Positions 1-9,790 are shown, counted from the first letter of the stretch. The stretch: 32,000 bases of DNA from an uncultured Methanobrevibacter sp. (GCF_902801725.1 NZ_CADCJB010000013.1:11302-43301); one strand, 5' to 3'. The notes: a model not told the origin generated them from the sequence alone. Made by a program: numbers and translations.

Positions 1-2
1 TA

Positions 3-827
3 GTTAAGGGCGGATCCGGTGCTGCAACCTTGCCTGACTCTCCGGGCATTCCTACTGACACTACTAAAAATACTTTGTCTGTTCCATTCAATGATGAGGA
101 AGCCTTAACTGAACTGATTGAAAAAGAAGGAGAAAACATTGCCTGTATTATAATGGAAATAGTTATGGGCAATATTGGATGCATTGAACCAAAACCAGGA
201 TTTTTGGAATTTATTAGAAAAATAACTGAAGAAAATGGTATTGTATTGATATTTGATGAAGTGATTACCGGTTTCAGGGCTTCAAAAGGTGGAGCTCAGG
301 AATATTATGGAGTTACTCCGGATCTGACTACACTGGGTAAGATTGTTGGAGGAGGACTTCCAATGGGTGCATTCTGTGGTAAAAGAGAAATAATGGAATT
401 GATTGCTCCTAGCGGACCGGTTTATCAGGCAGGAACATTTTCTGGAAATCCTATTTCAGTTCAGGCGGGAATTTCTACCATGTCTCAGTTGGATGACAAG
501 TTTTATAAGGATTTGGAAAGCAAAGGAAATTTCCTTAGAAGCGAAATAAGAGCAACAGTTGAAGAAAGAGGATTGGAAATTCAACCTGTTGGTTTGGCTT
601 CAATGTTACAAATTTATTTCAATGAAAATGAAGTTTATAACTACGAAGATGCTAAAAAATCAGACAGTGACAGATTTTTAGTATACTTTAGAGAATTATT
701 AAAAGAAGGTGTTTTCATACCTCCTAGCCAATTTGAATGCAATTTTATTTCAAGTGCACACAGTATGGAGGATTTGGAAAAGACTTCTCAAGCTATTGAC
801 AATGCCTTAAGAGTGGCATTCAAATAA
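3..827 (+). CDS. hemL: Glutamate-1-semialdehyde 2,1-aminomutase, C-terminal part (5' end lies left of the window)
   Basis: The frame is open to the window edge (VKGGSGAATLPDSPGIP...), so the TTG listed at 30 is an internal Leu. Class-III aminotransferase motifs are FDEVITGFR, TLGKIVGGGLPMGAF (PLP-Lys region) and TFSGNP. Stop TAA at 825-827. Confidence 0.9.
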   Translation, partial: VKGGSGAATLPDSPGIPTDTTKNTLSVPFNDEEALTELIEKEGENIACIIMEIVMGNIGCIEPKPGFLEFIRKITEENGIVLIFDEVITGFRASKGGAQEYYGVTPDLTTLGKIVGGGLPMGAFCGKREIMELIAPSGPVYQAGTFSGNPISVQAGISTMSQLDDKFYKDLESKGNFLRSEIRATVEERGLEIQPVGLASMLQIYFNENEVYNYEDAKKSDSDRFLVYFRELLKEGVFIPPSQFECNFISSAHSMEDLEKTSQAIDNALRVAFK

Positions 828-846
828 ATGATAAAAAGGTGTTATT

Positions 847-1269
847 GTGACAGATTGGAAAGAGATTGCATCATATGCTGTTATATTGATTATAGTTTTG
901 ATAGCTGCACAGCATTTGAATGTAGTTGTTTCAGGAAGTATGGAACCTGCATTTTACAGGGGAGATATTGTAATGGTTGAAAAGGCCAATTTTCTGGGTA
1001 TCCAAGAATTCAACGTAAATGATATCCAAAAAGGGGATGTTGTTGTTTATGATGCAAAATGGTTTAATCAACCGGTAATTCATAGAGTTATTGATATTGT
1101 GGATATTAATGGAACTACGATGTATCTGATTAAGGGTGACAACAATAATGCTCCCGATCCGTATTATGTTTCACCAAGCCAAATCCAGTCTAAAGTTGTA
1201 AAAATTGGTGATAATCTGGTTGTAATTCCAAAAGTCGGTTATCTTTCCCTTTGGTTGAGGGGTTTATGA
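847..1269 (+). CDS. Signal peptidase I, archaeal/ER (S26B, Sec11-like) type
   Basis: N-terminal TM helix, then SGSMEP (catalytic Ser box), VIHRV (His box) and KGDNNNAPD. GTG start preceded by AAAGGTG. Size 140 aa. Confidence 0.8.
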   Translation: MTDWKEIASYAVILIIVLIAAQHLNVVVSGSMEPAFYRGDIVMVEKANFLGIQEFNVNDIQKGDVVVYDAKWFNQPVIHRVIDIVDINGTTMYLIKGDNNNAPDPYYVSPSQIQSKVVKIGDNLVVIPKVGYLSLWLRGL

Positions 1270-1287
1270 TTATTATAAGGTGAGTTA

Positions 1288-2988
1288 ATGTATTTTGAAA
1301 TTGAAAAACAAGCTATTGATGCCATCAATAAGGCATTAGATCAATATGATGTGGAAATAGATAGAAATTTCAAATTGGAATTTCCTCCTAATCCTAATTT
1401 AGGAGACTTGGCAAGCACCATTGCTTTTGCGCTTACAAAAAAATTAAGAACTTCACCTCCTGAAGTTGCTGCGGATTTGGTCGAAAAGATTGAAGTTCCT
1501 GAAATTTTTACCAAGGTTCAGAATTTCGGACCATATGTCAATTTTTTCATTGACTATTCAAAGTTTTCAAAACTTCTCCTGCAAAAGGTTGATGATAATT
1601 ACGGACAGCTTCCGGAATATGGTGAAAAAATCGTATTGGAACATACTTCTGCAAATCCTAACGGTCCATTGCATATTGGACATATAAGAAATTCAATTTT
1701 TGGAGATTCCCTTGCAAGGTTATTGAAATTGGCTGGAAGAGATGTTGTAACCCAGTATTACGTAAATGATATGGGAAGACAAATCGCCATAATTGTATGC
1801 GGAATAACCGAATGCGGTCTTAAGATTGAAGACTATGAAGGCGATAAACTTGACCACAAAATAGGAAAGCTATACTTTGATGCAAACAAGGCTGTGGAAG
1901 AGGATGAAGCCTTAAATGCTAAAGTTGACGAATTAATCCAAAAATATGAGCAAGGCGAAGACGAAGAGCTAAACAAGGTCTTCGAAGATGTTGTTTCCAA
2001 ATGCATTTCCGGAATGAAAGAATCTCTTTTGAGAATGAATATTGTCCATGACGACTTTGTTTGGGAAGGTCAATTCGTAAGAAACGGCGAAGTCGATGAT
2101 TTGGTTTCATACATTCAAAGGGAAGGTTTTACCCGTGAAAACGATGTGCTCTACATTGACCTAACAGATTTCAACATAGAAAAGGAATTTGTTTTAAGAA
2201 GGTCAAACGGCACTTCACTTTACTCTACCCGTGATTTGGCTTATCATAAGTACAAGGCTACTTTAGGAGACACTGTCCTTGACATTTTAGGTTCAGACCA
2301 TAAACTTGCTGCAAAACAGATAAAGGTTATTTTTGAAGAAATATTCAGGCAGGATGCTCCGGAAGTAATATTTTATGAATTCATTACACTTCCTGAAGGT
2401 TCAATGTCTACAAGAAAAGGCAAATTCGTATCAGTCGATGAATTGATTGATGAAGCTGTCTTAAGGGCACATGATGAAATAAAATCCAGAAATCCTGATT
2501 TGTCCGAAGAAGAAATTGCCCCAATGGCTGAAGAAATTGGTATCGGTGCTGTAAGATTCTTCATTGCAAAATTGTCTCCTGAAAAGCATCTGACCTTTAA
2601 ATGGGATGAGGCATTGAGCTTTGAGAGAGGATGTGCTTCAATTCAATATGCTCATGCTAGGGCATGTAAACTGCTTGAAAAATCAGGTAAGGATATCAGC
2701 TCTTTAAATGTCAGTGATGATTGGGTTCCTGATGAGATAGAACAGGACCTTGTAAGGCAAATTGCCAAATTCCCTCAAGTTGTTGAAGATTGCGCCAACA
2801 AAAAGAGAGTTCACAATATTACACAATACTCACAGGATTTGGCTAGTTCATTCAACAAGTTCTATAAGTCAGAACAGGTTATCGGCTCTGAAATTGAAGA
2901 TACTAGACTCATTTTAGTTGACAGAGCCAAAACAACTATTAAAAATGCTTTAGATATTTTAGGTGTTTCTGCACCTGAAAAAATGTAG
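1288..2988 (+). CDS. argS: Arginine--tRNA ligase
   Basis: Class I aaRS HIGH box (PNGPLHIGHIRN), KMSKS-equivalent (GSMSTRKG) and the C-terminal DALR anticodon-binding region (YAHARACKLL). SD AGGTGA lies upstream of the ATG. Confidence 0.95.
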   Translation: MYFEIEKQAIDAINKALDQYDVEIDRNFKLEFPPNPNLGDLASTIAFALTKKLRTSPPEVAADLVEKIEVPEIFTKVQNFGPYVNFFIDYSKFSKLLLQKVDDNYGQLPEYGEKIVLEHTSANPNGPLHIGHIRNSIFGDSLARLLKLAGRDVVTQYYVNDMGRQIAIIVCGITECGLKIEDYEGDKLDHKIGKLYFDANKAVEEDEALNAKVDELIQKYEQGEDEELNKVFEDVVSKCISGMKESLLRMNIVHDDFVWEGQFVRNGEVDDLVSYIQREGFTRENDVLYIDLTDFNIEKEFVLRRSNGTSLYSTRDLAYHKYKATLGDTVLDILGSDHKLAAKQIKVIFEEIFRQDAPEVIFYEFITLPEGSMSTRKGKFVSVDELIDEAVLRAHDEIKSRNPDLSEEEIAPMAEEIGIGAVRFFIAKLSPEKHLTFKWDEALSFERGCASIQYAHARACKLLEKSGKDISSLNVSDDWVPDEIEQDLVRQIAKFPQVVEDCANKKRVHNITQYSQDLASSFNKFYKSEQVIGSEIEDTRLILVDRAKTTIKNALDILGVSAPEKM

Positions 2989-3024
2989 ATGAGTAGTTTA
3001 ACTCATCTTTAATTTTCTTTTTTT
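2988..3024. terminator. Candidate bidirectional terminator between convergent argS and the nitroreductase gene
   Basis: Perfect 7-bp stem GATGAGT (2988-2994) / ACTCATC (3001-3007) with a 6-nt loop, followed by the T-rich tract TTTAATTTTCTTTTTTT. Confidence 0.4.
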
Positions 3025-3556
3025 AATCCACATATTGGATGTAGTCTTCTTTTCTAGGCAATGGTTCCGGTGCGTCCATATCAGGATATCCGAGCACGAC
3101 ATGACCAATTCCCTCATAAGTTTCAGGAATTCCCCATTCTTTTAGTAATTCTTTTCCTTTTTCGGATGCAAATTCTTCACGTGCTCTGTGAATCCAGCAT
3201 GAACCAACGCCAACTGCATGTGCTGCATTAACCAGAACCGCCAATACGCTGGAACCGTCTTCAACATATGTTGGACGTTCGCTGTCGGCCAGTACAATCA
3301 GCAATGTTTTTGCGCCGTAAAATGGATCCATATCTTCAGGAACATCAATCGGGAAATAGCTTCTGTTCCATGCTGAAAATTCTTTAATGGTTTCCGGATT
3401 TTGAATTACAACGATTTTAGGTGATTGCAGGCCCTGTCCTGTTGGTGCATAGGTTCCGGTTTCCAGGATTGTTTTTAACTCTTCATCGGAGATTTGTTCA
3501 TCTTTGAATTTTCTGATGCTTCTTCTTGTTTTTAGATTTTCGATAGTTTCGTTCAT
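3023..3556 (-). CDS. Nitroreductase-family (FMN-dependent) oxidoreductase
   Basis: N-terminal TRRSIRKF motif typical of the nitroreductase fold, size 177 aa. Its ATG overlaps the upstream MarR gene stop by 4 nt. Confidence 0.85.
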   Translation of the reverse strand: MNETIENLKTRRSIRKFKDEQISDEELKTILETGTYAPTGQGLQSPKIVVIQNPETIKEFSAWNRSYFPIDVPEDMDPFYGAKTLLIVLADSERPTYVEDGSSVLAVLVNAAHAVGVGSCWIHRAREEFASEKGKELLKEWGIPETYEGIGHVVLGYPDMDAPEPLPRKEDYIQYVD

Positions 3557-3969
3557 ATTAACTCCTCACATATTTTTAGCAGTGTACTTTTAAAGATAGT
3601 ATACTCTTCATAATTTAAATTACTTTTAATTATTTCATCCCATTTATCATCATAATCCATAACTTTTTGGGCGGTTTCGGATCCTTTTTGGGTTGTTTTT
3701 ATTATTTTTGTTCTTTTATCAGGTATTCTTTCGATGAAACCTTTATCTTCGAGTTTTTTAAGGTTTCTTGTTATTGTACTTTCGTTTAAATGGAATATTT
3801 CGGCTAACTGTTCCTGTATAATTCCTTCATTTTTGTAAATTGTTATTAAAATTGGCTGCAGGCCAAAACTCAAATCCTCATTTTTCACTTTTTCGTTTAA
3901 GTATTTGGCGTGTTCCCTGTAAAGTATGGATATCAATGGGGCTGTCGGCATTGTTTCATCAAAGGGCAT
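3553..3969 (-). CDS. MarR-family winged-helix transcriptional regulator
   Basis: wHTH region QEQLAEIFHLNESTITRNLKKLEDKGFIERIPDKRTK, about 140 aa. Overlaps the upstream MATE gene by 11 nt. Confidence 0.85.
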   Translation of the reverse strand: MPFDETMPTAPLISILYREHAKYLNEKVKNEDLSFGLQPILITIYKNEGIIQEQLAEIFHLNESTITRNLKKLEDKGFIERIPDKRTKIIKTTQKGSETAQKVMDYDDKWDEIIKSNLNYEEYTIFKSTLLKICEELI

Positions 3970-5329
3970 TGTCCCTACCTCGGATTAACTTGTTGATGTA
4001 TAGTTCAATGCATGCATAACATATTAATGATCCTATTCCACCGCCCAGAAGCATTCCGCAGTATATTCCGAACTCTCCCATGTGGAAGGTAAATCCTAAA
4101 AGGTATGCAAAGATTAACACCAAAATGAATTCCCTGAATGCTGTCAATACAAATGATATTGTTCCTTTTCCGACTCCCTGGAATACATTACCTGCACTTG
4201 CTCCAAATGGAACATATAGAATAAAAAAGCACATTATCTGCAGGAAACTTGCAATCAATGGAGCTAAATCTGCACTGCTTTGTGAATATGAGAAGATAAT
4301 CGCTATTTGGTTGGCAAATACGTATAATATAATGCACACGATTACTGATGCAATTAATGCCACCTTGACGGCATATCTTGCTGTCACTCTTAAGTTTTCA
4401 TATTTTCTTGCACCATATGCAACTCCGGCAACTGATATCGCTGCAGTTCCGATTCCTATTGCTGGAAGCATTCCAATATTTACTATTCTCCATCCTGCTG
4501 TATAAACAGCTACTGATGTAGGTCCGGAAACAATTGTAAGCATGTAATTGACAAATATTGTTAAAACGGACAGTACCAGCTGTTCCAAACTTGCAGGTAT
4601 GCCTACAACCAGAATATCTTTGTACATTTTAAAGTCATTATGGAAGTCTTTAAAGTTGTATGATAGGTATGTGTCTTTTTTGACAAAAATCCAGTATAGC
4701 ATGAGGAATAGACTTATAAGGGGTCCTAATACTGTTGCTATTGCAGCACCTTTAATTCCCATTCCTAATGTGTAGATTAATATCGGATCTAAAATCATAT
4801 TGATTACTGCGGCAACAGCTATTGGAATAGTAGCACGTTTGATATCTCCTTCAGCTCTAAATGCTCCCCCTACAATTGGAGGCATTAAAAGAGCAAATGT
4901 ACATGAAAATATGATGAATCCATAGTCCATTGCATAGTTTATTACGCTACTTGCACCCATAAGTTTGAGCATCGGCTCCATTGTAATAACAAATATGATT
5001 GCAATGACTATTGACACGATTACGCTTAGGATAAGATTGTGTATTGCAGCATTATTTGCCGAGGATTTGTCCTCTGCCCCAATAAATCTTGAAATCACCG
5101 AGTTACCACCGGCTCCGAGTCCGTTTCCAAATCCGACTATAATCATGAACAGGGGTGTGGTGTATCCTAATGCAGCAAGAGGTCCCGCACCAAGTCCAGC
5201 TACCCAAATACTGTCGATAATACTGTTTGCAAAAATTAAAAACATACTTGCAATAATCGGCAGGGATAATTTGTTTATTGCCTTTTTAGGGTCTCCTGTT
5301 ATCATTTCAATATTTTCGTTTTTTTCCAT
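3959..5329 (-). CDS. MATE-family multidrug/toxin efflux transporter
   Basis: About 12 predicted TM helices. MATE-like loop GFGNGLGAGGNSVISRFIGA and a repeated half-structure. I prefer the ATG at 5329 (MEKNEN...), preceded by GTGAGG, over the GTG at 5341 used by the ORF track. Confidence 0.85.
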   Translation of the reverse strand: MEKNENIEMITGDPKKAINKLSLPIIASMFLIFANSIIDSIWVAGLGAGPLAALGYTTPLFMIIVGFGNGLGAGGNSVISRFIGAEDKSSANNAAIHNLILSVIVSIVIAIIFVITMEPMLKLMGASSVINYAMDYGFIIFSCTFALLMPPIVGGAFRAEGDIKRATIPIAVAAVINMILDPILIYTLGMGIKGAAIATVLGPLISLFLMLYWIFVKKDTYLSYNFKDFHNDFKMYKDILVVGIPASLEQLVLSVLTIFVNYMLTIVSGPTSVAVYTAGWRIVNIGMLPAIGIGTAAISVAGVAYGARKYENLRVTARYAVKVALIASVIVCIILYVFANQIAIIFSYSQSSADLAPLIASFLQIMCFFILYVPFGASAGNVFQGVGKGTISFVLTAFREFILVLIFAYLLGFTFHMGEFGIYCGMLLGGGIGSLICYACIELYINKLIRGRDNAL

Positions 5330-5343
5330 AATTAGCCTCACTC

Positions 5344-5375
5344 TTGCATATGCAATTATATACTTGTATATGCAA
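5344..5375 (-). promoter_or_regulatory. Candidate MarR operator pair in the promoter/leader of the MATE-MarR-nitroreductase operon
   Basis: Perfect 12-bp palindrome TTGCATATGCAA (5344-5355) and a one-mismatch copy TTGTATATGCAA (5364-5375), 20 bp centre to centre. They lie 15-46 nt upstream of the ATG at 5329. A TATA-like TTTAAATA (minus strand, 5383-5390) lies just upstream. Confidence 0.45.
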
Positions 5376-5438
5376 GTATGCCTATTTAAATGTGATGTTA
5401 AAATATTAAGTTAAAATAAAAAAAGAAAAAGAAATGGT

Positions 5439-6107
5439 TTATTCTAAACCATTTTCAGTAACAACAGGTTGGTTATTGATGAGATCCAGAATGTGCATAC
5501 CGTCAGATTGTCCGCCTCTGATTATACCGTCGTCGTCATACCAAACATTTAATTCTTCATCGTAGTATAAGTTAGGTCCTGATCCTTCAGAAAGGCTTGA
5601 ACCAGATGATGAACCAGAACTGGAAGAACTGGATGATGTAGTTTTTTCATTATATTTTACAGTACTTGCAGTGGAATTTCCAGATACTTTTTCGGTATTT
5701 GTGGTATTTCCTTCTTCAATGGTTATAGTCTGTTTTGCACTGCATCCGTTGTATTTATTATTACCACCATAGGTTACGGTAACTTCGTGATTGCCTGCTT
5801 TTTCATTATTTAATGAAAGGCCACCTTTACCGTTATTGTCGGTAATAATTGAGAAGTTTTGTTTTTCTCCATTTTCCTCAAAAGTAATGTTTATAACTTG
5901 ATTTCCAATGGCTTTTCCACTTGCATCTTTAAGTTCAAATTGAACTATGTCCCCATTTTTTAAGTTTGCGTTACTTATGAATTTAATTTGAGTATTTACT
6001 TTACCATCTGCTGTTGTAGCTTGTTGTTGCGGGTGTGCAAACAAAGAAACTCCTACAATAGCGATGATGATAACAACTAAGATAGCAATAATTATATTCT
6101 TATTCAT
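5439..6107 (-). CDS. Secreted/anchored Ig-like-domain protein (adhesin-like) with a poly-Ser linker
   Basis: N-terminal TM/signal segment (MNKNIIIAILVVIIIAIVGVSLFA), a beta-rich region (HEVTVTYGGNNKYNGCSAKQTITI) and the SSSSSSSGSSSGSS linker. The start is taken at the internal ATG 6107 rather than 6143. Confidence 0.6.
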   Translation of the reverse strand: MNKNIIIAILVVIIIAIVGVSLFAHPQQQATTADGKVNTQIKFISNANLKNGDIVQFELKDASGKAIGNQVINITFEENGEKQNFSIITDNNGKGGLSLNNEKAGNHEVTVTYGGNNKYNGCSAKQTITIEEGNTTNTEKVSGNSTASTVKYNEKTTSSSSSSSGSSSGSSLSEGSGPNLYYDEELNVWYDDDGIIRGGQSDGMHILDLINNQPVVTENGLE

Positions 6108-6276
6108 TATATCACCTTTGACAAAATGTATTTTGATACTCATATTTATATTTTTTTTTAATTTGTGTGTTTTTCTGAAATTTTCTCAAATTTTTAAAAA
6201 AATAATAATTTTGTTAAATATTGAAACATTTTAAATATTCTTAATTACATACCTTAAAACAATAGGAGACTATATT

Positions 6277-7587
6277 ATGAAGGTTTTAGTTGTTGGAACT
6301 GGTGCTCGTGAACATGCTATTGCTGATGCCCTAAAAGATGATGTAGAATTATACTGTTATATGAGTAAAATAAACCCTGGAATGAGTAAAATTGCCGAAT
6401 TCAAACAAGGTGATGAAGGTGAAGTTGAAAAAGTAGCTGAATATGCAGTTGAAAATGATATTGATATTGCATTCATTGGTCCTGAAGCTCCACTCGGAAA
6501 AGGAATTGTGGATGAGCTTCAAAAGAATGGAATCAAATGCGTTGGACCAACTCAAAGTGCAGCTAGGATTGAAACTGACAAATCATTCATGAGAAAACTC
6601 TTTGAAGATTATGAAATCGAAGGATCACTCGTTTACAAGGTATTCGATAATTCTGAGGATGTTTCCGAATTCCTGGATGAATTTGACCGTGATGTTGTAG
6701 TAAAACCTGTCGGTCTGACAGGCGGTAAAGGAGTTAAAATTGTTGGCGACCACCTTAAAGACAATGAAGAGGCAAAAGAATATTCCTGTGAAGTTATTGA
6801 CAATGCAATGGGTGGATTCGCTCAAGTAATTATTGAAGAAAGATTAATCGGTGAGGAATTTACCATTCAGGCATTCTGTGATGGTGAACATCTTGCACCA
6901 ATGCCTGCAGCGCAGGACCATCCTCATGCATTTGAAGGAGATGTCGGTGCAATAACTGGGGGTATGGGATCATACTCTGATGTTGGAGGTCTGTTGCCGT
7001 TCTTAAGTCAGGAAGACTATGATGCTGCAGTTGAAATTATGAAAGCTACTCTAAAAGCTATTGCTGAGGAAGCAGAACCTTACAAAGGTATCCTATACGG
7101 TCAGTTCATGTTGACTGCTGACGGACCAAAACTCATTGAATACAATGCAAGATTCGGGGATCCTGAAGCTATGAATGTATTGCCACTTTTAAAAACTCCA
7201 TTGGCTGATGTTTGTCAGGCTGTTGTTGACGGTAACTTGGATAAAGTAGAATTTGAAGACAAGGCCAGTGTGTGCAAATACATTGTGCCGGACGGATATC
7301 CTGAAACCGAATATGCTGGAGAATTAATTGAAGTTGATGAAAAAGCTATTGAGCAGATGGGTGCCAAAGTATTCTATGCTGCTGTTTCTCTTGAAGACGA
7401 TGGAATCCACCTGTCCGGTTCAAGGGCATTGGGAATTGTGGCCAGCGGTGAAAGCATAGATGAAGCTGAAAAAGTAGCTGAAAAAGCATGCGAATTTGTT
7501 AAAGGTAATGTTTACCACAGACGAGATGTAGGTACTCCAGAACTTGTTAATAAACGTGTTGAACACATGAAAGAAATTTTAAACTAA
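6277..7587 (+). CDS. purD: Phosphoribosylamine--glycine ligase (GAR synthetase)
   Basis: [15 protein letters not shown]-terminus, [11 protein letters not shown]-grasp core, [16 protein letters not shown] lies upstream. Confidence 0.95.
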   Translation: MKVLVVGTGAREHAIADALKDDVELYCYMSKINPGMSKIAEFKQGDEGEVEKVAEYAVENDIDIAFIGPEAPLGKGIVDELQKNGIKCVGPTQSAARIETDKSFMRKLFEDYEIEGSLVYKVFDNSEDVSEFLDEFDRDVVVKPVGLTGGKGVKIVGDHLKDNEEAKEYSCEVIDNAMGGFAQVIIEERLIGEEFTIQAFCDGEHLAPMPAAQDHPHAFEGDVGAITGGMGSYSDVGGLLPFLSQEDYDAAVEIMKATLKAIAEEAEPYKGILYGQFMLTADGPKLIEYNARFGDPEAMNVLPLLKTPLADVCQAVVDGNLDKVEFEDKASVCKYIVPDGYPETEYAGELIEVDEKAIEQMGAKVFYAAVSLEDDGIHLSGSRALGIVASGESIDEAEKVAEKACEFVKGNVYHRRDVGTPELVNKRVEHMKEILN

Positions 7588-7608
7588 ATTTCTTTTTACT
7601 CATTTTTT

Positions 7609-8454
7609 TTGGGATTTGGTGATATTATCGAAGATGATGAGTTTGAACAATATAGGGACTATGTAACTTTAAGAAATTATTTTAGTTCAGAGCTTTCAGA
7701 GATAGTGGAAGAGTTGGATGATGAGGACGTTGAAAAAATAAGAAATTTTAGAACTCATTTTAATGAAAAATACTCTGATCATCCTATAGTTGGAAAAAAA
7801 GTTGACAATATAAAAAATGACTTCTTTCATAATTTTAAACAATCTTTTGAAAGCAATATTGATATTGACCCTAGTAGATTGCAGGGGTTGACTGATGGCA
7901 TTTTTGGTATGGTAATGACTCTTTTGATATTCGGTTTGGCTTTGCCTGCATCTCAATTAGTAACTGAAGGAGATTTTGTAACTTTTTTACAGTCAATTGC
8001 CCATACTTTCGGTTTAACTATTATTAGTTTTGTTCTAGTCAGCTCTTTTTGGATTTATCATCATGAATTTATAAAGATTAATTCATTGAATATTCCATAT
8101 TTGTGGATGAATATATTTTTTTTGGCTTGCATATCCACTATCCCATTTACAACATCTATGATAGGTGCTTATTCAAGGTTTTTCTTGGCAGAAGTGATAT
8201 TCGGATTAAATATATTTTTTACAAACCTCTCCTTTTTAATCATGTATGTCTATGCATATAATAGAGGATTTTTAGAGAATCATCCTTCAAAAAATGAAAA
8301 GAGATATGTTTTAAATACCTTTATATTAATCATGGCTCTTACTGTAATTGTAAATCTTCTGGATTACAATTTATCAGCGGATTTCATGTATCTGTTCCTG
8401 TTGGTTCCGGTAATTTCTACATTGAGGGATATTAATTTTAAAATGAACTCATAG
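7609..8454 (+). CDS. TMEM175/DUF1211-family membrane protein (putative K+ channel-like) with an acidic N-terminal extension
   Basis: TM1 signature RLQGLTDGIFGMVMTLL (compare RxxxFSDGVFAIxxTLL), followed by about 6 TM helices. Only a TTG start (7609) is available upstream of the domain, so the start is uncertain. Confidence 0.6.
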   Translation: MGFGDIIEDDEFEQYRDYVTLRNYFSSELSEIVEELDDEDVEKIRNFRTHFNEKYSDHPIVGKKVDNIKNDFFHNFKQSFESNIDIDPSRLQGLTDGIFGMVMTLLIFGLALPASQLVTEGDFVTFLQSIAHTFGLTIISFVLVSSFWIYHHEFIKINSLNIPYLWMNIFFLACISTIPFTTSMIGAYSRFFLAEVIFGLNIFFTNLSFLIMYVYAYNRGFLENHPSKNEKRYVLNTFILIMALTVIVNLLDYNLSADFMYLFLLVPVISTLRDINFKMNS

Positions 8455-8516
8455 AAACATTTAATATATATTAATAAGATATATTTATTTTTGTTAAGAT
8501 TATTTTAGGGGATTAT

Positions 8517-9428
8517 ATGGGTAATTTGGTATCAATATGTGACATAAAGGATGATGTTCACCATATTTTGGATTTGGCTATTAAAATTAAAGCAGGGGAA
8601 GTGGAAGACAAACCTCTTGAAGGCAAGACATTAGCTATGATTTTCCAAAAGTCATCAACAAGAACCAGAATTTCTTTTGATGTTGGAATGTATCAGTTAG
8701 GTGGAAGAGCAATCTTTTTATCTTCTAATGATTTGCAGATGGGAAGGGGAGAGCCGATTTCAGATACTGCAAAAGTTTTAAGCCGATTTGTTGATGGAAT
8801 AATGATAAGAGCAATTGAACATCATGATGTTCTTGAACTAGCCCATTATTCTGATGTTCCTGTAATCAGCGGATTAACCAATATTGAACACCCTTGTCAG
8901 GCATTGGCCGATGTTTTAACAATTAAGGAACATTTCGGCACTCTTGAAAATAAAAAGATATGTTTTGTCGGTGACGGAAATAACGTATGTAATTCCCTTT
9001 TATTGATTGCTCCGCTTTTAGGCATGGACATATCTGTAGCATGTCCTAAAGGATATGAACCTGATGAGCATATTTTAAGCATTGCAAAAGAGTATGCCGA
9101 TGAAAGGAACACTGAGGTTACTGTAAGCAGTGATTTAAAAGTTGCTTTGGATAATGTTGATGTTGTCTATACTGATGTTTGGGTAAGTATGGGCGATGAA
9201 AGCGAAGAATTGCAGAGAAAACTTGATTTATCTCCTTATCAGGTCACTTGCGAATTAATGAATTTGGCTAATGATGAAGCTATTTTCATGCATTGTCTGC
9301 CAGCAGTTAGAGGTCAGGAAGTCAGTGCTGATGTTATTGACGGGTCCCAATCTGTTGTTTTTGATCAGGCAGAAAACAGAATGCATGCTCAAAATGCCGT
9401 TTTATATCATTTTTTAAAGGACGATTGA
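8517..9428 (+). CDS. argF: Ornithine carbamoyltransferase
   Basis: Carbamoyl-phosphate motif SSTRTR, HPCQALAD, ornithine-binding DVWVSMG and HCLPA. Confidence 0.92.
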   Translation: MGNLVSICDIKDDVHHILDLAIKIKAGEVEDKPLEGKTLAMIFQKSSTRTRISFDVGMYQLGGRAIFLSSNDLQMGRGEPISDTAKVLSRFVDGIMIRAIEHHDVLELAHYSDVPVISGLTNIEHPCQALADVLTIKEHFGTLENKKICFVGDGNNVCNSLLLIAPLLGMDISVACPKGYEPDEHILSIAKEYADERNTEVTVSSDLKVALDNVDVVYTDVWVSMGDESEELQRKLDLSPYQVTCELMNLANDEAIFMHCLPAVRGQEVSADVIDGSQSVVFDQAENRMHAQNAVLYHFLKDD

Positions 9429-9448
9429 TGCTGAGAAATCAGAACAAT

Positions 9449-9790
9449 TTAAAGAGATGTCATTATCTCTAAAAACCACTTTATTATTATTTTTAAGAAT
9501 ATTATTAAACCAATTCCACCAATAAGACCAGTTGTAAATCGCAATGTATTGTTGCTTTCTCTAAATTCAAGAAATTGCGTAAATCCGTCAATTGTTGTAG
9601 GGATTAAAAGAAGCATTGAAATTATTAGCATGTTGATGCTGTAGTCAATTTCATAAAATTGATTGTATATTAAAAAAACAGCCAAACCAGTATAAAACCC
9701 GGTACATCTGGCACAAACTGGAAACTGGTGCCCTTTGATAAAAAAGCTTCTTTCAGGTTTTCTATGGCATATTAAGTTTTTATAATTCAT
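9449..9790 (-). CDS. DUF2085-family small membrane protein
   Basis: CHRKPERSF...CARCTG motif followed by 3-4 TM helices. Size 113 aa. Confidence 0.7.
   Translation of the reverse strand: MNYKNLICHRKPERSFFIKGHQFPVCARCTGFYTGLAVFLIYNQFYEIDYSINMLIISMLLLIPTTIDGFTQFLEFRESNNTLRFTTGLIGGIGLIIFLKIIIKWFLEIMTSL

Noticed and set aside
1466-2564. Track ORFs 1466-1687 (+), 1919-2110 (-) and 2373-2564 (-) inside argS
   Set aside because: They are alternative-frame or antisense shadows of a gene with unambiguous aaRS motifs. Their products are low-complexity, with no recognisable motif and no SD.
4080-5414. Plus-strand ORFs 4080-4505, 4548-4775 and 4965-5414, antisense to the MATE gene
   Set aside because: Long antisense ORFs are expected opposite hydrophobic, codon-biased membrane genes. 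The MATE frame gives a coherent 12-TM protein and these do not.
5439-6143. Longer N-terminal extensions from the ORF track: 6143 for the Ig-like protein, 19473 for cbiA/cfbB, 21393 for fae-hps and 5341 for MATE
   Set aside because: The internal ATGs (6107, 19440, 21420, 5329) give canonical N-termini (signal peptide, P-loop, Fae start) and better SD spacing. The longer forms add non-conserved-looking residues. This remains uncertain without homologue alignment.
6349-9112. Short minus-strand ORFs within purD (6349-6555, 6625-6825), the TMEM175-like gene (7696-7956) and argF (8897-9112)
   Set aside because: They lie antisense to genes with strong family motifs. Their compositions are Phe/Asn/Ile-rich, typical of AT-rich antisense frames.
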